Made by a program: the position numbers and the translations under genes
In this document: positions 30,213 to 33,749 of the stretch, piece after piece
How the letters are laid out: each line of letters begins with the position of its first letter
How positions within the stretch are numbered: the stretch's first letter is position 1
Source: a virus
Direction: 5' to 3' (one strand)
DNA length: 33,749 nt
Virus record (IMG/VR): IMGVR_UViG_3300029708_000027
Coordinates: 1-33,749 of that record
Notes under the pieces: generated by a model
Database searches by the model: none
Told to the model about the DNA's origin: nothing
The model's input: only the letters and a program-made list of their open reading frames with translations

Positions 30213-30220
30213 CAAAAGTA
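30213..30220 (-). promoter_or_regulatory. Bacteroidota-type -7 box (TACTTTTG) for the HExxH gene
   Basis: Minus strand reads TACTTTTG-TGCATTGTTTAAAAACAAAAGAAC-ATG, inside the only sizeable gap (67 nt) of this part of the structural block. Confidence 0.5.
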
Positions 30221-30255
30221 CGAAGTAAACCATCAGAAAACAAACTGTATCAAGT

Positions 30256-30660
30256 TCACGCCCCGTACTTGTAAGCGTCGAACGTTGCCTCCCAGCCCGA
30301 TTTGATTGTATCGTACTGGTTCTGCACTTTGGCGATACGGAGCGAGCCAATCTCGTAGCCGCATATGAAGCTCTTAAGCATCTCATGCAAAAGACGGTCT
30401 GTACGTATCAGTGTCGCAATCTCTAACCCATCGTCTCGCATATAAGCCGACGTACCCATACAGCGAATGACAACCGTGTAGGCGCTACTGTTAGGTACGT
30501 TGGTGTCCGTATAGCTTCCAGTCGTTACGTCAAGCGTAAAAAAGTCCTCACTCAATTCGTTAGCCGCTACGTTCTGTACGGCGGTATCTCCGAATATCAG
30601 CGTTTTGCCCAGTGCTGTAGCACGGGCGTTCGCTGTGTTAATTATTGTTTCAAAAGTCAT
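30256..30660 (-). CDS. Hypothetical virion-associated protein
   Basis: 134-aa ORF tightly packed after 30663..31274. Confidence 0.55.
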   Translation of the reverse strand: MTFETIINTANARATALGKTLIFGDTAVQNVAANELSEDFFTLDVTTGSYTDTNVPNSSAYTVVIRCMGTSAYMRDDGLEIATLIRTDRLLHEMLKSFICGYEIGSLRIAKVQNQYDTIKSGWEATFDAYKYGA

Positions 30661-30662
30661 AA

Positions 30663-31274
30663 CTATCTGTTTTTCATTTGTTGTTTCTTTAATTCACGTT
30701 TCTCTTTCTCTATCTCGTCGTTACGTTTGGCGATAGCCAGCATAGCGTCTGAATAGTTGATTTGCTTCGCGTCCTCAAAGCTACAGTGGAATAGCTCTGC
30801 CGTAATCTGCACAAGTCCGAGTAGGTTCTTTGCCTGTTTAATCGTCTCGTCACCTGTCAACGCGCTTTCGCCCGTCTGCTTCATGTTCTGAAACACGATT
30901 TGTTCAAGACCGTCTGCAATCTCCATTTGCGATACGATGAACTTATCAAGCTTCGCAGCGTCGAGAATCGTCTCGGCTTCATAGTTGTCATCAGTCCATG
31001 CCTTGATACGCCCGTTTGCGTCCTCTGCACGGCGTGTTTCAAGCATAGACCATAGGGTTATACCCTCGACGTCCCTAAGTCTGTACACGGCTTTCCCATT
31101 GCGCGTAGCGACTTGTGAGGGGCGGCAGTACTTAATCATATCCTTTAGCAACTTCTCCTCGTCCTTGGTTATGCGTACCGTTCCGTTTGCCGGTAGGTTA
31201 GCAACTCTTAATAAAACCTTTCGGTTGTTAATCGCCGTTATGCGATATATCCATTTCAAAATAAACTTTTTCAT
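30663..31274 (-). CDS. Hypothetical protein downstream of terL
   Basis: 203-aa ORF. Its start overlaps the terL stop as TAATG. Basic coiled-coil C-terminus. Confidence 0.6.
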   Translation of the reverse strand: MKKFILKWIYRITAINNRKVLLRVANLPANGTVRITKDEEKLLKDMIKYCRPSQVATRNGKAVYRLRDVEGITLWSMLETRRAEDANGRIKAWTDDNYEAETILDAAKLDKFIVSQMEIADGLEQIVFQNMKQTGESALTGDETIKQAKNLLGLVQITAELFHCSFEDAKQINYSDAMLAIAKRNDEIEKEKRELKKQQMKNR

Positions 31275-32419
31275 TATTTAGGTCTGTATTTACGTATCAA
31301 GAAGTCCACACCGTAACGGAGTGCGTCAAGTGCGTGATTCCACGCGTCTATCGCCTCGTTGGTGTACGTGTCCGATACTTCGTCCTTAATCCATTTGTAG
31401 TTATCCAGTTCATCAAGTAACTTAACGGAACGCTTTGTTACGTGCAACTTGAATTGCTTCACCTGGGCGATGCCTGCCGCCACCGAGCCGCGTCCCTTGA
31501 CACACGGTATTGCTTTGATACGCTTTTGCTGTAGCTCCACGATACTCTTTTGCTCTGCACTATCGCACACCGTTATTACCCGGTTCAGTGCGTTGGCGTT
31601 CAAGTAGTCCGCTATATGGCTATTCAGTAGACCCTGCTCATAACAAAGCAAGTCTACGTATAAGTCCCAGCCTTCCATGCGAATATCGACAATGGCGGTA
31701 GGGTCATTCACGAAACCGAAGTCAAGCCCCAGGCATCTACCCGTGAAGGTTTCCGGCATATCGTCTATAACTTCATATTCGGGGTAAACGTTACCCTCTA
31801 CGCCGCCCGTCAAGCCCTCACCGTACACGCGCCACCAGTTAGCATCGTTCTTGTTCTTCTCGATGGCTGCCACTTGTTCGGGGGTCAAGTACGGGTTATC
31901 CTTGTACGTCGAATGTATCGTGGTGTATCTGTCACCTACGAACTCGGTTTCGCCCCAAAACTTCCGTACCGGGTTGTAGTCGATGATGACCTTTTTACGG
32001 GTACGGATATCAAGCTGCCTAAAGATTTCCCGGGGTATGCTTTGCGCCTCGTTCACGAAAAGGATATCACGTGCCGGACCGTGCACCTTGCCGGCGTTAT
32101 CACATGAGAAGAACTCTACTATCGTGCCGTTCGGGTATTCGTATGTACTTTCCGTTTTATTAAACTTGTTCTCGTCCCAATAGCCCTCGGCTGCCACCAT
32201 AGCTTTAAAGTCTCGGAGCATACCACGTTTTACCATAGGGAACGTAGCCGCCACACACGAGATAACGAGCGGTTGCGGATTGTTCAATGCGAGTATGTGC
32301 AGCATTTGTAGGGTTGCCCATGTCTTGCCGCTACGGGTACCGCCTTTAGAGGCTACACCGCGTATCTTCGGGTCTACGAAAGCCGCCAGTATCTTTTCAA
32401 AAGTAAATGTAACGTTCAT
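31274..32419 (-). CDS. terL: Terminase large subunit
   Basis: Walker A GGTRSGKT, Walker B ILFVNEAQ, and C-terminal nuclease-type acidic residues (VCDSAEQ, ALDALRYG). Follows terS. Confidence 0.88.
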   Translation of the reverse strand: MNVTFTFEKILAAFVDPKIRGVASKGGTRSGKTWATLQMLHILALNNPQPLVISCVAATFPMVKRGMLRDFKAMVAAEGYWDENKFNKTESTYEYPNGTIVEFFSCDNAGKVHGPARDILFVNEAQSIPREIFRQLDIRTRKKVIIDYNPVRKFWGETEFVGDRYTTIHSTYKDNPYLTPEQVAAIEKNKNDANWWRVYGEGLTGGVEGNVYPEYEVIDDMPETFTGRCLGLDFGFVNDPTAIVDIRMEGWDLYVDLLCYEQGLLNSHIADYLNANALNRVITVCDSAEQKSIVELQQKRIKAIPCVKGRGSVAAGIAQVKQFKLHVTKRSVKLLDELDNYKWIKDEVSDTYTNEAIDAWNHALDALRYGVDFLIRKYRPK

Positions 32420-32422
32420 GCG

Positions 32423-33049
32423 CTAAATGCCTCCTAACTTTTGTAGGTTCTTCACTGCGTCCTCAGATAGTACGTTAACCTGCATAGCCTTCGTGCCCGC
32501 CTCCTTGCCGTTGCTTGTAACGTCTTTAAGGTCGCGTAGCCCTCGAAGCTTCGCCATGTAGTTAGCATCAACCACACCGGCGAGCGCGCTCTCGTCCATA
32601 TCGGTTGCGATGAGTTCGGCGATAAGGGCGTACCCGGTCAATAAGTTAGCCGCGTCTTCGTCCCCATCGTCTGCCAGCTTTTCGAGCCGTGCGCCGTTCT
32701 TCTTGAACGCTTGCAGAGTCCACCCGATGAAAAGGCAGAAGCCGCCAAGCGATGGCGCGCGTTTCTTCTCTATGGGGACTTTTTGCCCTGCCGCGTTCCC
32801 ACCCTTTAGGACTTCATAAGTAATGAACGGGTTTCGCTCGCAGAAGTTCATGTACTCGGCTACGTAATCTACGCACTCCTCGACGGTAGTCAACGTTGCG
32901 CCTTTGCAACCGCGCGTCTGCACAACCTCATAAAGTTCTTTGCACTTCTTCAAATCTGTTTTAGGGGCGGGGGCTTTGCCCGTCGCTTGTCCCTTGGTAA
33001 TTGCCGCCTTCGTATTCGGGGCGGCTTCCTTCTTTGCTCTTCCTGCCAT
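32423..33049 (-). CDS. terS: Terminase small subunit
   Basis: Lies directly upstream of terL. A basic N-terminus is followed by RAPSLGGFCLFIGWTLQAFKKN (terS-like HTH region). The ATG at 33049 has an A-rich leader, whereas the track start at 33112 is a GTG. Confidence 0.7.
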   Translation of the reverse strand: MAGRAKKEAAPNTKAAITKGQATGKAPAPKTDLKKCKELYEVVQTRGCKGATLTTVEECVDYVAEYMNFCERNPFITYEVLKGGNAAGQKVPIEKKRAPSLGGFCLFIGWTLQAFKKNGARLEKLADDGDEDAANLLTGYALIAELIATDMDESALAGVVDANYMAKLRGLRDLKDVTSNGKEAGTKAMQVNVLSEDAVKNLQKLGGI

Positions 33050-33172
33050 ATTTTTGTTATTTGGTAATAAGGTATCGCGCGTGTGCGCTCGCGGTCTCTT
33101 AAAGAGATGCACAAGTAGTATTCGGACTATCCCGGTATTGGCGCGGCAATACGTATCGTTTCAATCATGGCA

Positions 33173-33180
33173 CAAAGGTA
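33173..33180 (-). promoter_or_regulatory. Bacteroidota-type -7 box (TACCTTTG) opening the morphogenesis arc
   Basis: Minus strand reads GTTGGTTGGTCTGATGCGATTTGTTGCC-TACCTTTG. The leader to the terS ATG is 123 nt and contains GC-rich CGCGAGCGCACACGCGCG. Confidence 0.5.
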
Positions 33181-33310
33181 GGCAACAAATCGCATCAGAC
33201 CAACCAACGGGCAGTTATGCCTTTTTCTACAAATAAAGTTTACAAATGAATTATATTTACACGCTGGAACACGCGAACACAGTAACTACCTATCTTTCTG
33301 TTAGTTGCAG

Positions 33311-33534
33311 GCACATGTACAGACACACACCTGTTTTCGTAAACTTTAATATAGAATATAGTGGTTTTTATACCCCTCAAAATACACTTTTCTCCAAAAT
33401 AATGTTATACCCCTCTTTTTACTGTACATCTGTACATATACATATAATATATTATAATAGAGAGAGTTAGAGTGCACAAAAACATGTACAGTAGCGATTT
33501 TTTTACTGTACATGTGTACCTAAAATATGTTAAT
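33311..33534. repeat. Junction module, copy B (noncoding, homologous to 16797..17030)
   Basis: Same layout as copy A, but all five motif sites read TGTACAGTA. Conserved CCACTATATTCTATATTAAAGTTTA block and TTGTGC-17-TATAAT on the minus strand. Confidence 0.85.
33482..33515 (-). terminator. Conserved hairpin plus T-run inside module B
   Basis: ACATGTACAGTA (33482..33493) and TACTGTACATGT (33504..33515) form 12 bp around a 10-nt loop. On the minus strand the hairpin is followed by TTTTTG. Confidence 0.45.
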
Positions 33535-33567
33535 TTTAGAGCCCCTTTTTTCTGAATATAAACAAAA

Positions 33568-33601
33568 GCCCAAATCTGACATTTTGTAATCAGATTTGGG
33601 C
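33568..33601 (-). terminator. Rho-independent terminator closing the early arc
   Basis: GCCCAAATCTGA (33568..33579) and TCAGATTTGGGC (33590..33601) form a perfect 12-bp stem with a 10-nt loop. On the minus strand it is followed by TTTTGTTTAT. It lies 82 nt after the stop at 34, counted across the circular junction. Confidence 0.75.
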
Positions 33602-33650
33602 TAATCGCTATCATTTGGTTTGCCTATAGGCTTTCGTAGAGGGCACTATC

Positions 33651-33749
33651 ATACTGCTAACACCTATAGGCAAACCGCTTTCATTATGTCAATTTCCACC
33701 CGAGCGAATCCTTATACCAATACCACGTTTGAACCGTTCCATTCTTGAA
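33651..33749. repeat. Terminal direct repeat, copy 2 (identical to 1..99)
   Basis: Exact 99-bp duplicate of the left end. It contains a redundant copy of the 3' end of CDS 34..444. Confidence 0.9.

Noticed and set aside
33246-33614. Track ORFs 33246..33470 (+, 74 aa) and 33405..33614 (-, 69 aa) inside the right-hand noncoding region.
   Set aside because: Their translations are low-complexity and rich in Tyr, Ile and Cys. They span terminator hairpins and the repeated junction module. The homologous copy A does not conserve either reading frame.
1-33749. A search of the whole window for lysogeny, retroelement or defence-type systems: integrase, CI-like repressor, reverse transcriptase/DGR template-variable repeats, CRISPR, toxin-antitoxin pairs, tRNAs.
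   Set aside because: I could not recognise catalytic motifs for any of these (no R..H..R..Y integrase pattern, no YxDD reverse transcriptase motif), nor paired near-identical repeats of the DGR type. Absence by eye is weak evidence, so an HMM scan (Pfam, PHROGs, DefenseFinder, tRNAscan-SE) should confirm it.

Overview
The window is a complete tailed dsDNA phage genome. Bases 1..99 are identical to 33651..33749, so the contig closes on itself with a unique length of 33,650 bp. Every credible gene is on the minus strand. I found no tRNA, rRNA, CRISPR array, integrase or reverse transcriptase. The circle has two arcs. The early/replication arc runs 16587 down to 34. It carries many small ORFs, at least six of them below the 60-aa cutoff of the ORF track. 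Its recognisable genes are a DUF2800-type PD-(D/E)XK nuclease, a DUF2815-type SSB, a metallophosphoesterase, a family A DNA polymerase, an AEP-primase/D5-VirE helicase, a DUF3310-like protein, a VRR-NUC nuclease, an SNF2 helicase and a compact C5 methyltransferase. The morphogenesis/lysis arc runs 33049 down to 17069. It carries terS, terL, neck/tail-like genes, a tape-measure-like protein, an HK97-type protease-scaffold fusion, the major capsid protein, three tandem paralogs, the portal, a holin-like protein, a GH108 endolysin and a spanin-like protein. Eleven TAnnTTTG boxes sit upstream of gene starts, five of them exactly 26 nt from the ATG, and Shine-Dalgarno sites are essentially absent (one AGGAGG was seen, before a tentative small ORF). 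From this I infer a Bacteroidota host. The most unusual signal is noncoding. Two homologous modules of about 230 bp (16797..17030 and 33311..33534) sit at the two arc junctions, each just after a terminator. Each holds five copies of a 9-bp motif, and all five copies differ in concert between modules (TGCACAGTA versus TGTACAGTA), including a compensatory change in a hairpin. Other notable items: dispersed promoter/leader cassette families, a GAACC-hairpin cassette, a triplicated structural gene, a perfect 21-bp x4 coding repeat, a small-protein paralog family, a hidden lipoprotein gene coupled to the methyltransferase, a promoter-equipped HExxH mini-protein inside the structural arc, and a probable frameshift at a C4 run. 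All functional calls come from motifs read by eye. No database search was possible.
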